Source: Camelus dromedarius
Taxonomy: Eukaryota
Reading direction: 5' to 3'
DNA length: 64,000 nucleotides
Assembly (NCBI RefSeq): GCF_036321535.1
Contig: NC_087436.1
Span: 25,732,001 to 25,796,000 of the forward strand
Shown one piece after another: positions 27,353-41,120 of this stretch. The translations under genes were made by a program, and so were the position numbers. Position 1 is the stretch's first letter, and each line of letters opens with the position of its first letter. A model generated the notes under the pieces. It did not search any database and had not been told where the DNA came from. It saw only the letters and a program-made list of their open reading frames with translations.

Positions 27353-27904
27353 AAGCGAACTTCCTTAATATCTTGGAGGAAACAAAAAATGATTCAGTAG
27401 CTTTAAATTTTTCATCTTCAGAGCCAGCATAATGAAATCATGTGACTCATGACAAAATTATACCTAATGTTACCTGAGTCTACAAGTTCTGTTCACATAT
27501 CAGGGTTATTTAATCCTTATAATAATGAGTGAGACAATAAGCGCTATATTTTCAGATTTTACTTACAGGTACTATATTTTCCTAAGCAAGATCAAAGAAG
27601 GTAGTAAGTTTCTATTTGTTCTCTGGGGGTTTTCTGAGTTCAACATTCCCTCTACTATGTGGACCTTTTCTGTAGTGTCCCAGGAACACAGTGCCCATGG
27701 CCTGTTCTCCCACCTTCTCTATGGAGCCTGTTAAACAGAAAGGCAGCACAGAGAGTCAGAGCATTCAGATGGCTGTTGGGTTGATAATGGCCTTCCTGCA
27801 ATGTTCGCTGTAGACCCAATGCAAGTTGAAATACTGACACAGCCATCATCCAGTTCACCACTCCTACCTCTGTTACTCCCCTGCACTCCAAGAACCTTCA
27901 ACCT

Positions 27905-28210
27905 CAAACACTTATTAGAAGTCCACTGTGCTTCAGGAATGTGGTAGGCGCTACAAACACACTGGTGAATAGGACAGAGCTTACCCTACCCTGAGGAATC
28001 CTCTAGCAGTCTACTTTGGGATGAAAAGCATATGCAGCTTATTACAAAATAAAGTGACTTTTAATATGATAATGATATATACAAGTGGATACAAGAATAT
28101 ACATGAAAATGCATTTTGTGCTGGAATTTCTGGGAAGCTTTTCTGGGAAAAAAATGATGTGTAATCAGATTGCTAAGTAATGAGTAAGAATTAGAAAAGT
28201 GAAGAGGTAA
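27905..28210 (-). mobile_element. L2 3' region
   Basis: CAAACACTTATTAGAAGTCCACTGTGCTTCAGG...GGTGAATAGGACAGAG. Confidence 0.6.
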
Positions 28211-28809
28211 CACAAGAAAGAATCAAAAACATGGCTGAAATGCAAATCTGGCATAACCGTTCTGTAACTGTGCAAGGTGAATTTCAATGCTTCTATATTT
28301 ATTCTGCACAACAGTCTCATTAGTAAGAACTCTTAAATCCTGTTTATAGGTTAAAAAAAAACTAAGGCTCAGAGATATAAGCAGATTATTTATGGTCACA
28401 CAGCTAAATGGGATGTCCATCTGATGGAAACATTTCTCCCCCATTGGACTGTAATTTCAGGAAAGATAGAACCACCATACACAGTGTGCACCCAACTTTT
28501 GATTGTTAAATTAGTCAATGTGTGAATGATTCCAGTGTCATCCACTTATTTCTAAAGTATGCTTTTATTTAACTAGGCAGAGAAAACAGTTTGTATAAAA
28601 GCCTGGAGGCTAGGTAAAGCATGACTGATGCTTTTAGAGACCTGGAAGTGCATTAGCTTAACCCAAACTTTTATTTCTTATTTGAAAATTCCCAAACGTA
28701 ATACAATACTTTTTTTTTAATTTTATCGACATTGCATAGTAAGACAGCAGCCTGTTACGTATTATTAGGTGTCTACCTGCAAATGTGATTTAAAAAGCAA
28801 AAAGTTAGA

Positions 28810-29000
28810 TTTGAGTTTCAGGGGAGACATTTACTTCATGTGTGATCATGGAGAAATAAAAATATGAAAGTTTTCCCATGTGTAAAATGCCATAAAATGA
28901 TACCTTTCCACCAGCTTACTGTAAGGTTTGAATTGAACTGCCTATGTATGGCATCCATCACAGTACCTGTGATACTGAGCACTCAGTAAATGTTAGTATC
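28810..29000 (+). mobile_element. MIR SINE
   Basis: CATGTGTAAAATG...CACAGTACCTGTGATACTGAGCACTCAGTAAATGTTAG. Confidence 0.6.
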
Positions 29001-29904
29001 CTGTCTCTTGTCCGATTTTTTAATTGAATGTATTGCTTTTCATGAGTTGCTACTATTTAGTTATATCAATCTGAAAATCAGGTTTTTCCAACCTGTACAA
29101 TTGTTAAAGCCTAAATTTTTGGTGGTAGAAAATACATTATAAAAAGTTTTTTTATAATATGCAAAATTTAACATTAACGTTGATACCTAGTCATTTATTT
29201 ATTTGTGATTTATTTAAAGGGAAGCTCCAAATTTTAGCTAATGTTTCTTTAGAAAACAAAGACCACAAATTACAAATTAGACAGCCTCCATGTACCATTT
29301 ACTTCAATGCCTAATTGGTATAGGACACTGTACAAGGTGCCCTGCGGCATGAAACTATGAGTGAGACTATAGTCTGGCAGGGACGCGTGATGACTAGGGT
29401 AGTCCTGGAAAGAAATGATAAGGGGAGAATGGGAAATATATTTTGGAATATATAATAACATTATTTAAAACTGACTCATTGTTACTGGTTTGAGAGAGTA
29501 AGGAATTAAATATGACTGAGGTTTTATACCTGAGACTGTGAGGAATGGTGAGATCATTAGCAGAGAAGGGGAACCAGGAAGATGAAAGATTTTAGGGAGG
29601 ATACTGAGCTGAGTCTTATTTACAGTGGACTATCTGCATGGAACAAGTGATGTAGACTATACAAAAAACCCATCTGCAGTTTGGTCTAGTAATGAGAATT
29701 TCCATGCTGCTTGAAAACTGGTTAAGTAGCAAATGGAATTCCCATGGGAAAAAACAGATGATTGATTAATAGATACATAGCTAGATAGATGGTAGGTAAG
29801 TAGAATTTTAAAAGCCAAAGATGGAACCTAAATTGCAGGAATATTTGTACTTTGAAGGAAGAAGCCTAAAGAGAAGCCAGCAAAGGGAAAAGAAAGGATT
29901 ACTA

Positions 29905-30005
29905 AAGATAAAAGAAAGAAAGAGGAGGGGAGAGAGGAAAGAAGAGAGGAAGGGAGGGAAGAAGGAAGGAAGGGAGGGAGGAAGGAGGGAGAAGAGAAAA
30001 GAAGG
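29905..30005. repeat. GA-rich low-complexity polypurine tract
   Basis: GGAA/GGGA-like units. Confidence 0.9.
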
Positions 30006-32089
30006 GTCAAAAAGGACTGTAATTAGCGTTAATTCAAGATGGTAGAGAATTCTAAGAAGTTAAAAACTAAACAGGGACCACTGGATTTAGCAAGTATATT
30101 TTTGTTCATTACATAGTACTCAATTTTTACTGCTTACCACATACTGTTTAAATTATTAAACATAATCAATGTGAGGGAGATTCAGAGATGTTTGCAAATA
30201 GCTAAGAGTAAATAATCCTCTTTATTAGAAATCTTTTGGCCTTTTTTTTTTTTTTTTTCTTATTTCCTGACTAGAGAGAGATTATTAGAGAAGATCCTGC
30301 TTACTCTCATTGATCTCACTTTTGGAAACTTTAGGAAAAACTTCAGGGAAAAGGGTATTTCTCATACATAGAATTATAAGTTTTTTTGATAGTGTGAATT
30401 CACTGATATATTTATTATAGATTGAATCCTATTTTTATTACTATATTTTTTCAATTTACTGTCTTAAGATATGGTAGAAAGAGTAGTAAGACAGCACAAA
30501 ATCAGAAGGAACTTAGCTAAAATTATAATATTAGTCATTGTTAAAACAATATCCACTTGAATTTTTTAATATACCTCATAATTAAACCTGGATCCAAGGT
30601 AAGCTTTTTTTCCTGTTGTTGTTGTAAAGAATTAAGCTTTATGTAAACGTGGTCAATGATTATAACTTATCTCATTCTACTCTATTGCTTTGGTTGCTTA
30701 GCAAGATTTTTCTTTCCATAAAATTAACTTTCCAAATTTTCCAGAAGTCTCTGAAATATGCTTTTTTTCAGGAAATTATTGTTTTTAATATGTTGCTCCT
30801 GTATTATTACTACCTGAGGAATAATTCAGATAAGCAGTTTAGAAGAGTAGATTTTTTTTAGGTATTTTTCAAAATTACACTTTATTTTAACTACAATCCT
30901 TTGTTTTATATGGAAACTTCTACTGTTAGGAATTGTGATAATTCTACCTATTCATGTCATTAAATTACTAGAATCCTTAGAAAATTGTTCCAGCCAGTAT
31001 TGGCAAACTAAGAATTGATGCTTTATATAATCTAGAACACATACATAGGTGATTGATGTATTTAAAATGGAGAAATGCACCTTTACTACTAGGGACATTT
31101 GTTTATTCTATGGACATGTCAGAGAGAATATGCAAGTATTCACACGTCCAGAGAAACACCACACCCTATATAAGTTAAAAACAGCAATAGCTACAATGGT
31201 TTAATGATGAACCAAATGTATTGCTGATCTTTCATCTCTCATTTAGCATCACTGAGTAAGTAATGGAGCATAACTAGTTGAGGTCCCTATACTTTCTTGT
31301 CTCGTGGCTAAATTCAATCTAAGTTGAATAGATTTCCTAGAGGCTGAACCAGTTATGCTACCATGCAGGTCCAAAAGGAAAACCAAATAGACCTGGGTCT
31401 ACCCTTCTAGGACTAGTGTAAATGCAGATCTGCTTATTCTGATGTCTTTGAATGGCCAGCACATTTCCTTCAGTAAGTCAGTGAAAGGACAATATGTCAC
31501 ATTGTGATCATTATGTGCTCTTTTTTTCTGAACTTTAATTTTGGGGAGTCATCTCTCTTCTTCCACTCTGTGTTTTTCTCCTGAGATTATAACACAAGGA
31601 TAAACCTAATTCCTCTACTACAGAGGTGGGTTTACATTTTGGGGTGGGGCAAAAATAATTTGAGAAGACTTATACATATACTGTGAGAGAAAGGGCTCCT
31701 CTCTTTACCTTGAGATCAGTAACTATGAGCTTAGAGTGGTTAATGATCACACTGATACCAGTTACAGAGATACCATCTGAAAATGAAGCCAACAGAGAAT
31801 AAAAAGCAGAGATTGGGAGAGAGAGAGAGAAGGTAGCCAACAGTGTTTTCAGCTCAGGTTCTACCATGAGTATCACCCCTTGGCTTTCTCAGAAACAAGA
31901 GCTGAGAAATTACATTTTAGTCTAAGGTATTTGAAGTTGAGTATATACGACCTGGAGTTGAAAAACTCCTGCCTTATTTCAAGCATATTAGTTTTTTTTT
32001 TCTTAGAAACATGCTGGATAAGAAGAAAAGGGAACATGACATCAAGCCATTGTTCTAAAAATCCTCTGGAAGTCCAGAATGAGTATCAT

Positions 32090-32800
32090 TTAGTATGTGT
32101 TCATTTATTCGCTAATGTTTTATTGAGTGTCTACTTTGTGCCAGGCATTGTTCTAGGACATGCAAGTACAGTTACGCCCTAGATAAGGATTCTAAAACCA
32201 CTAGTGTGGAGTGGTACACATTAAACACATAAATAAATAATTTCAAGTAGTAATGAATGCTACAAAGGAAGAAAAAAACAACAGCTATGGGATATTAATG
32301 GATGGATATTCAGGGGATGTTTCTTTAAGCAGAATCTTGAAAGATGAGGCTGCCTGACACACAATGTCTTGCTCCAAACACTTAAAGAAGGCCAGTACAT
32401 AGAGAGGCAGTGAATGACGGGCTGAGCAATAGGTAAGGATGCCAGGGGCTAGGGTCTTGTTGGCTAGCATGATGAATTTGTATTTATTTCCATTTTAAAA
32501 GAAAATGGTTGGATCATTTAAAATAATATGGTATTATGATATATTTTTTAAATTCCTACCATCTGTTCTATGGAAGAATGTATCAAGAGAGAAAGGGTAG
32601 ATTAAGAAGACCAATAAGAAAACTGTGTTGTAGCCTGGGAAACACAGACATTACACAGACTAAGGTAGCAATGGATATCATAAGTGATTGGCTCAATTAT
32701 GTATTTTGGAAAATGGTACAATGAAACTGACCAGTGACTACGGATGCTGGGAGAAGGAGTGGTCCATAGCAAGAGAAAGAGCAAGGATGAAACTCAGGTG
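32090..32800 (-). mobile_element. L2 3' region
   Basis: TTCATTTATTC...TTTATTGAGTGTCTACTTTGTGCCAGGCATTGTTCTAGG is a clear reversed L2 3' end. Confidence 0.8.
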
Positions 32801-32967
32801 CTAAAATCAGAGGGGAGAAGCTTATATCCCCTGACTGCACCTGTATTCTCAGGAGCAGAGATTCTTCTGGATTACAAAAAGAAATAGCCAGAGTGGTTTC
32901 AAGTTTTGCTTTATTCAGAAGTGTCTGAGTTCAATTCCTCACTCTATCATTTCTTAGACTTGTGACT

Positions 32968-33305
32968 CTATTCATTCATTCATTTAACACTTATTAAACA
33001 TGCGTTGATATCCATTGACATGCTAAGCGTTGGAGAGGTAAAGTTAAACAAGAGTTAACCTCTGCTTTTAAATCCTAGTGGAGAGGAAGACATTTGCCAA
33101 GTAAACGAATATACAGATAAAATAATTAGAAATTACAGATAAGTGCTATACAGGATATAAAGAAGGAGCAGAGGGAATTGCCTTCAGATAAAACAGTGAC
33201 CACAAAAGTCCTCTCAGGTGAGGTAATAATACTGTGATGAGATCCCACTGTTGGGAGGAAGCCAGTCAAGCGGAGATTGAGGGAAAGATGGTCAAGGAGT
33301 AGGAC
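32968..33305 (-). mobile_element. L2 3' region, apparently inserted into a MIR
   Basis: TTCATTCATTCATTTAACACTTATTAAAC; MIR-like halves at about 32915-32967 and 33310-33350. Confidence 0.65.
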
Positions 33306-33899
33306 AGCTTGCGTTTCTTCATCTGCTAAAGGGGGATGATGATAATCTTTGTGTGCATTTTTGAAAGTTAATGGAAAGCACAGGCAGGACTATATATTTC
33401 CAGAGGCAGAGAAAACAGTAAATAAAGGTTATAAAACTCTCCTAATTAGTAGAATTGTTAAAGTAGGAAGTTAGTATTTCATTAGTGTTGTGAGCATTGG
33501 TTTGATTTCAGACAGTGCTCCACAGCTTCCATATACAAGCTTTATACTTTCAGGCAAATTGTCTATTAAGATCACAGAATCTCAGAATGGGATCAGTCCT
33601 GGGAAACCAGTTTCCTGGGCAGGGAAGACAAGGGCAGAGAAAACCTGGAGGACCGAAAGAAAACCATCATACAAGGCCATTGTATCAGCTTTACAGATGA
33701 AGGGACTGTGGTTAGAGATTCACCAAGTACTAGAGGCAGAGTCTGAATCCAAAGACCACGACAGATAATGTAACTGCCTCTTGTTGCCTGTGTATCTTAA
33801 CACGTTGAATTTTCCTTACAGTAAAATTTAAAGCTGAGAACAATGTAGATGATCCTGTATCCATTTAGGAAGCTTAGAAAGTTTTTTCATGCTTTGAGA

Positions 33900-34177
33900 C
33901 AGAAGTTAACAACCTGGGTGGGATAGGGGCATGGAGGGGTCCCCCAGGGGATATTCGGCAATATGTCAAGACAGATTTAGTTATCGCAATGAAGGTGAGG
34001 AAGGGAAGGGTTGCCTTTAGCATCTAGTGCATGGAGGCCAGGGATACTGCTAAACATTGTACAACACTCAGGACAGCCTCCTACAGCAAAGAACTGTCCT
34101 GCTCAATATGTCACTAGTTAAGGTTAAGGTTAAGTTAAGGTTAAGTTATGTCACTAGCTGAGGTTAAGAACTCCAGG
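33900..34177. mobile_element. MER20 (hAT) DNA transposon relic
   Basis: CCCCAGGGGATATTCGGCAAT...GCATCTAGTGCATGGAGGCCAGGGATACTGCTAAACAT...CAGGACAGCCTCC...CTGAGGTTAAGAACTC. Confidence 0.85.
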
Positions 34178-34681
34178 GTTAAAATAATTAAGAGGTACAT
34201 ATTCTGTTAATGATGGAAGAGGTGGTGCATAAAACAACAATATTATAAGGATATGCTAAGGGGTGAGATAAAAAGATTCAGGAATATACAGAAAATAGTT
34301 TCCTAAACCACAATAGATTAGAGTTTTTACTTTCTCTAGAAACTGTAATCTATAAGAATGGCATAAAGGATGTCCTCTATAAATAACTGCTTTTTGATGT
34401 CACTCACCTTTGGAAATATGATACTGCTTTTTAGAAGCTGTAATATGGATGGAGGAAACAAGTTTTAAAACCCAGGTATTTTGCAAACTCACAGTTCTTA
34501 TATATAATTTTTGAAGTATGTGATGACAAGCAGGTGAAAGATCAATGAGCTCTCTTTCAGGAATGAGGGATAAAAAATTCAGAAAGCCCATATTAAATCT
34601 TATTGATATACATGCTTCTGATTAGGAATTTGAAAAATTTAATAATTCAAAATCTTATTTCCATTCTGCAGTGGCTTGTGC

Positions 34682-34723
<42 letters not shown>
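34682..34723. repeat. (TTG)14 microsatellite
   Basis: Read directly from the sequence. Confidence 0.95.
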
Positions 34724-34726
<3 letters not shown>

Positions 34727-34959
34727 TTGCCATCCAGTAACTGAAAATTCTTCTCCACCCTTACATTTTGGCAGGACATCTTTTGGTGGCATCCATCTAT
34801 TTCAAACATCATGGACTAGCAGGAGGACAATGGGATTGGGAGCAAGAGTCGACTGACTCCACTAAATCTGTGAGTCATAACAATCCACTCAGGTGTCTGA
34901 CAGAAAGGGGGAAGAGCCTCGATTAAAATGGACATCTGCTAAACTGATGAACAGAGGCA

Positions 34960-35150
34960 CCGTTAAGAGCATGAGCTCTGGAGACAGAATGTCTAGATGC
35001 AAATCTAAGTACAACCTTTTACTATCTGCTTGTCTTTGAGCAAGTTACTTAAGAAGAATTCTACCTCATTCTCTTGAACATTAAAATGGGCATTAATAAA
35101 GTCTTGGTGAGGAACCAGTCATATGATATGTGTAAAGTTACTAGAGGAAG
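34960..35150 (+). mobile_element. MIR SINE
   Basis: GTTAAGAGCATGAGCTCTGGAGACAGA...TTGAGCAAGTTACTTAA. Confidence 0.75.
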
Positions 35151-38100
35151 TTTTAATATATTTCCATAAGTGTTATCTTTACGTGGAAGTGGGAAATCAG
35201 CTAATGAGAAACTAGTGTATTTCAATTTGTTGCACTGTGAGACTACATATCCCAAATATATCTCCTCATATGAATGAATCCAAATTGTAGCTACTAGGTA
35301 TGTTATTTTAAGAATAGCTAAACAGAGTCTGCTGTGATTTAATAACATATTTATTAACAATGTAAATAGAAGTCTTTTTATGAAAAAGAAGCAAAAAGAA
35401 TACCATTAAATGGTACCCTTGTTCTGGGATTTGTATAAAAGTTACCTCCAGGTAATGTAGTGTCAACTGATACAGGGCCCTTAAAATACAGGGACCTTAA
35501 AAAGAATGATGCAACAGGTGAAAAACAACAAGGGCAAACTCTAACACAGGCTCCTGCTTTGGAGAATTTCCTTATGTTCACTATGGGGAGTCCTTCTTCC
35601 TTTGAATAGATGGTATGGATTTGCCTAAGTAACAACAATGTTCCAGGACATGGTTTTTGGAAAGGGATAGGACCTTCCTCACTTACAGGTGGGACAGGTT
35701 ATGCTTTGCACTGGGGAGAAGAAAGCTGTGGGAGAGCTAGTCCTGGGACTAAAGCCAAGAATCGCCCGGGATGGAGAAACTCAGGCTCTCTCATCTGTTT
35801 TTGAGTTGGGATGCTACTCCTAGGTGAGCAGGGGAACTGAATATTTAATAATTCAAATACTGGTAATTAGCTCTCTCTTACTCTCTCCGCCTTTGGAGAG
35901 GAAAATGGAAAGTCTGTGAACACCTCACACTGGATCAAGTACCTCCTTTTAATGACATAGGAAAGAGGAGAGAATTCATTATCTTCCTTTTGAAAGAAGT
36001 AATATTCCTTGGACCCATTATGGAGCATCGGGTTCTTTGGTCTTAGTTTTGCTGTAATGAGAGAATAAAGCCTTATCTAAAACTGGAAGAAAAGTGGGTA
36101 GCAGCAGGAGCAATAAGAGATTAGCAGAGAAGACACACAATTAAACACAGAGGGGGAAGACTGGGTCAGCAAATACTGGAATTGTGTGTAGTCAGTTTGC
36201 TGGAGTAAAAGCACAGAATCACACAACCAGACCATGGGATACAGTACAATAAGGCTGTGTGTTTCATTTTAGTGACTACCCGGTGCTCGGACTCATATCA
36301 AGAATTAGTGTAAAGGATTCTGACAATAGCACAGTAATGAAACTAGCACCAGTATAATGGAAGTTATTTTTCTTTTGGTTTCCTCTGAAATGGAAGGAAA
36401 ATAGGAAGGAGCAGTGACTCTGTGATGAATATAGAACATCACAAAATCACTTCCCATCTGCTAGCTAAATAGACAAATAACCATGGATCTTTTAAATGAT
36501 AAAAACAAGAAAATGTCATACATATATCAAGAAAAATCTTTGACATCTCCTACCAGAAACCTAAGAGGAGGTATTTGTTTAATTTTTAATGTGCTGGAGG
36601 GTTTCTTTCCTAATAGTGAAATTAATGCTAAGTTAACATTTTTTAAAAGAAAAATATTATTGATCAGTGGGGAATTTTAAGGGTTTTTTTTTCTAATTGT
36701 GGTACTCTCTAAGAGAAATGCTTTTTGATTGACAAAAGGGTCTTTAGTTCATGGTTATACTGACAATTGTGAACAATACTACTATCTATTTTTTTAATGA
36801 AGTACATTAAAATTTTTACATTGCCCCTTTTCTTATGCACAGTATTTTGAAGTCAGATTTATTGAGTCACTTAACATGACTTTCATCCTTTCAAGTGTAC
36901 AGTTTTATTAGTTTAAACAAACATATACATTTGTGTTTCATTAACATTTTAACACTGGTTTCTAGAGTCTTTGGGGAGAAAATTATCAATAAAAGACAGT
37001 ATCTTAAATTTTAAAACTGACTCTGAAGCTTCCTTGAAAATTACTTAAGGGAATTTCAAGACTGAATCTTTGAAAGATTGTTTGTGTGTGTGTATGCATA
37101 TGTATATAAACACATATTTTATATATACATATATAAACACATACATACATGCAGCTCTCTCATAGAACTGGAGGCAGAAAAAATACACGTATGCACACTA
37201 ATATTAAAAAATACATAGTGGCACCACAAGCATAATGCTTTGAAAATGATCACTAACTATTATTATATTTTGACTTTAAAGTTCTACACATGTTTTAAGC
37301 ATGTGTATATTATTAAACATTTTTATGTCAGTAATTTAGTGACTTAATTGAATATACATTTCCCTCTCTAAGAAAACTGTATCTTGTTTTAACTAAAAAT
37401 TGGTTAATTATTTTCCCAATATAGTTTTAAGTTGATGTAGTAAACATTCAGTGCATGTATGTATACCTTAAAATAAAATATGTCTATAGCTTAATGGTTT
37501 TAAGAAAAGGACACATATTCTTTATTAAGATCCATACATGATAAAATCGATAAATTTTTCAAATGTTTTAGGTTCGTTGCACAAGAAAATAATGCTAATG
37601 ATATGATGTCAGAATACTGTTATATATTAAGGCAAACTAATAACCTCCAGGGTGCTCAACTTCCATGAAATTCATTTCATATCTCATCTATTATGGAAGA
37701 TCTGTGAAAAATAGTTTATGATTCCCCTTCTGAGATGTTTGGCAATGCAGAGCTGGCTCATGAAAGCAAAGAGATTAGGTATTGTCATTTTCAAAGGGTA
37801 AAATCTGGGAAAGCTGTTTTCTAATTCAAGAAATGTCTGTATGATAAAAATCTGTCCATGCAAATAACATGGGGGGAACAAAACCCAGTCATTTTCCTTG
37901 GCTTTCAAAATAGATTAAACTCTTTTCAATTTATGCTGTCCACTTCTCAGGGGGCTATACCTGCATACACACAATCAGGCATATTTGCTCAGAGACGTGA
38001 TGTTTACTTCTTGAAGGCATCTACCCCTGGATTTGTGTAGCCTTCTTCAGAGAAGGGCTTTAATCCTTCCAAATTTAGAAAGTATCATCAGGATTTTAAG

Positions 38101-38234
38101 TCTGTGTTGTATCTAGAATTCTAGTTGGGTAGTGATGAAATTCACACAGAACAAAGAAATGGCTTGCACTTTATCATCTGACTTCTGTGTTTTCCTTTAA
38201 ATCCCATTCCCTACATTCAGAACTTATAGATGGT

Positions 38235-38355
38235 TAAAGGCCCTCTGTGAAACCCTGAAACAGTCTGTTGCTGAAGTGCATGTGTGCAGGAGAAGCAAAA
38301 GCTTTCACTGGATCAGCAAAGGAGTTTGTAACCAATGTAATACAAATGCCTTTGA
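38235..38355. mobile_element. MER103-like hAT fragment
   Basis: TGAAACCCTGAAA...AGCTTTCACTGGATCAGCAAAGGAGTTTGTAACCAA. Confidence 0.45.
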
Positions 38356-40669
38356 ACAGCGCCTTTAGAAGTGTTTAAGACTTTCCCTATTTTCTTTTTG
38401 GTCTAAATGGTCATTTTTATCCCCCCAAAAAGGCACCTTTCCTGGAACTTGCCCTCCATCTTAATATTCCTGGGCTTCTGAGCATTTTCTTTTGCTCCGT
38501 CTCCACCTGTACAAATTTTACACAATGCTTGGGGTCCAGTTTACAGATGGTCTCATCCATTAGTCTGTGACATCCCTGAGAATTAAACCCCTGTTCTCCT
38601 ACAGCTTCATGTCCCAGCAAGGCCCTATTCAACACTTGTGTATACTGCTCTCTTAAGTACATCACATCTCACCTACTGTAGTCAATGTCTATGAAGCCTT
38701 GTTTATTTTGTGTCTCCAAAAAACTAGTGCAAGCCTCATACAGAGTAAGGCACACGATTGACAGAAATCAAACCGAGTTCCTCGTTTATTTCAAACCATC
38801 CACTTTCCATGCATTCCCTGATGAAGAGAGGAAAGGAGTAAAATTAGGAGCATCTAATCGGAGCAATCCTTGTTTACCAAGCTCTCAAGTTGTTTCTGTC
38901 TTCATTCAGAAATTCCTTTTCTTTTTTTTCCCCTGTCCTCCTTTAGACAACAGTATGGGAAAGCACAGTTCATCGAATTCCATTACTTTTTCCTATCTTC
39001 TAATGTCATTTATGGAAGAACATAATAACAATTCATGGAAATGTAACATTTAGCAACTTTTTTTTTTCATTCCTTGAATTCAGAATGTAAATACAAGACT
39101 GAACATGCCATAGTTTGGTTTTGTTGATTTTCTTTCAGAATCTCAGCAGATGTGAAAATGCAAAGAAAATAGTACAGAAGTTCTCACCCGTTAGTCACTT
39201 TCATGGCCATAGTGACACAAAAGGTCTTCTTTCCAATTGTGTATTTCTTTATGTGTTATCTCTCGGCTTTTCTTTCTCTATAGATTTGAAGAGTATTCTA
39301 CAAAAGCTACGGACTCCTACTGAGTCAGTAATCGTCCTCTTCTCCCCACAGTGCACGTCTCCCAGACCAGCTCTTTCTCCACCTCATCACTTTATATGCA
39401 GGCGTCCTCCTCTGCCAGGAGCTCTTTCACTTCTTCCGTGCTTTCCGACTGCCCGAAGGTGTTTTCTCTTCCACTTTCTTTGTTGTAGTCCCCTCCCATC
39501 TCACAGGGAAATGGCCTCAGATATTTCATAGGATGATCCCTGAACTTCCTTTCCATAACCACTACTAGCTTCTCTCTTAAAACTGTTGATTCTTTTATAG
39601 ATTCCTGGAGTCTAGAACCCTAATTTTTCTGTGACTCATGTACATCTGATCAGGAGATAATCTTGATATTCTCTTGGAATCACTGAATTGTTCTTTCAGG
39701 TTTACTTCACCTGATTATATGGTAAGTTGTTACCTTATTGTCTCACTTTATAGTTTCTATCTATAAATACTTCAATCCCTCCCCATCATTCACTGAAATC
39801 TTTGGTACATTCTGCCTTTGATTCTATCTTAACCAAACTCCTTTCATTACTATACTCAATTTTATGTCTCTGTGGAGCTACTCCCAATACTAACTTCAAA
39901 GTTTCTTGACTTTCATTAACATCTACTCTACCTTAGTAGCCAGTCCCTTCTAACTCAAAGGTAGTATGATTCTTGGAACCAGACAACTACCACAAAACAT
40001 CAATAAGATTTTGGCCATTTCACTGAGGCTTCACATTAATTAAATGGGATGTAGATACCTGCTCTGCCCTACTCTTTATGAGAGGATCAAAACACATAAC
40101 ATATGTGAAAATGCCTTGTACACCATAGAATCTTCATAAATGTGAAGTGATATGACTTTGAAACTGGTATTCATAAACCAGTCTGGTATTCATGATTATG
40201 GAAGTATATGATATGATTTTAGACAATCGATGAAGGAATTTCCATTTTTATTTCAATAATTATGTGATCTGTTTGTTGAACGTACAACCTACACAGATAT
40301 ATTACGTCAAAACAGAGACCTAATCTGAAAACAATGGTGCACCAGTGTTGCCTGGCACTGCCGCGGACAATTTGATAGACTCGAGAATTCTGAAAATCAA
40401 AATTTTGAACAACAAAATCACCTTGACAATCCCTCGCTCGCGTGAGAAAGCAAACACGGCCTTTCTCTGGAAAACTAGCAATATTTCAAAAGCCGTACTT
40501 AATTGTCACTTGGCTGGTTATCAAATCCAAATCCAACATGGTTAGGAGTGAGAAAAATGCCGAGTAAGAGTAGTAAAGGGGGTGGTTATCCTAAAAATAT
40601 ACAGAAATTTGCTTTCTTATGTTTTTAAAAATATGGTGAAAATCCTTTCATTTACTTCTTACTTCATTA

Positions 40670-41120
40670 TTCTTTCATTCATTTACTTAAAATATTTTCA
40701 GCATTTATCATGAGCTGGGCATGATATTAGTTGCTAGAGACAAAATATGCATAACCATTTGTAATCACTGCCCCCTTGAAGGTTAGACACTAATAGAAGA
40801 GAAATTAGTCAAATAGCCACAAAAGTGAATGGAAAATCACAAGAGCTAATTAGGAAAACTTATAATAGGGCAATTTGACCTGATCACAGAGGTCAGAAAA
40901 GACTTCTTTGAAAAAGCAATGCTCAATTAAGCTGTAAAGAATATATAATCATTAACTAGACATAAAGAAGAGGAAATAATATCCCAGTAGAAGTCATGAT
41001 AAATGCAAAGGCCTTGTGATGAGGAATCACGAAAAGTACGTGGAAATTAATGACTTTTTCCTGCAAAAGAGAGTGAGGAGTGGCATAATGAGAGAAGAAG
41101 CTAGAGAGGTAACTAAGTTA
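40670..41120 (-). mobile_element. L2 3' region
   Basis: TTCATTCATTTACTTAAAATATTTTCAGCATTTATCATGAGCTGGGC...GGTCAGAAAAGACTTCTTTGA. Confidence 0.65.

Noticed and set aside
34671..34856. Poly-Cys ORF (and the YI-repeat ORF at 22251)
   Set aside because: Translations of the (TTG)n and (TA)n microsatellites.
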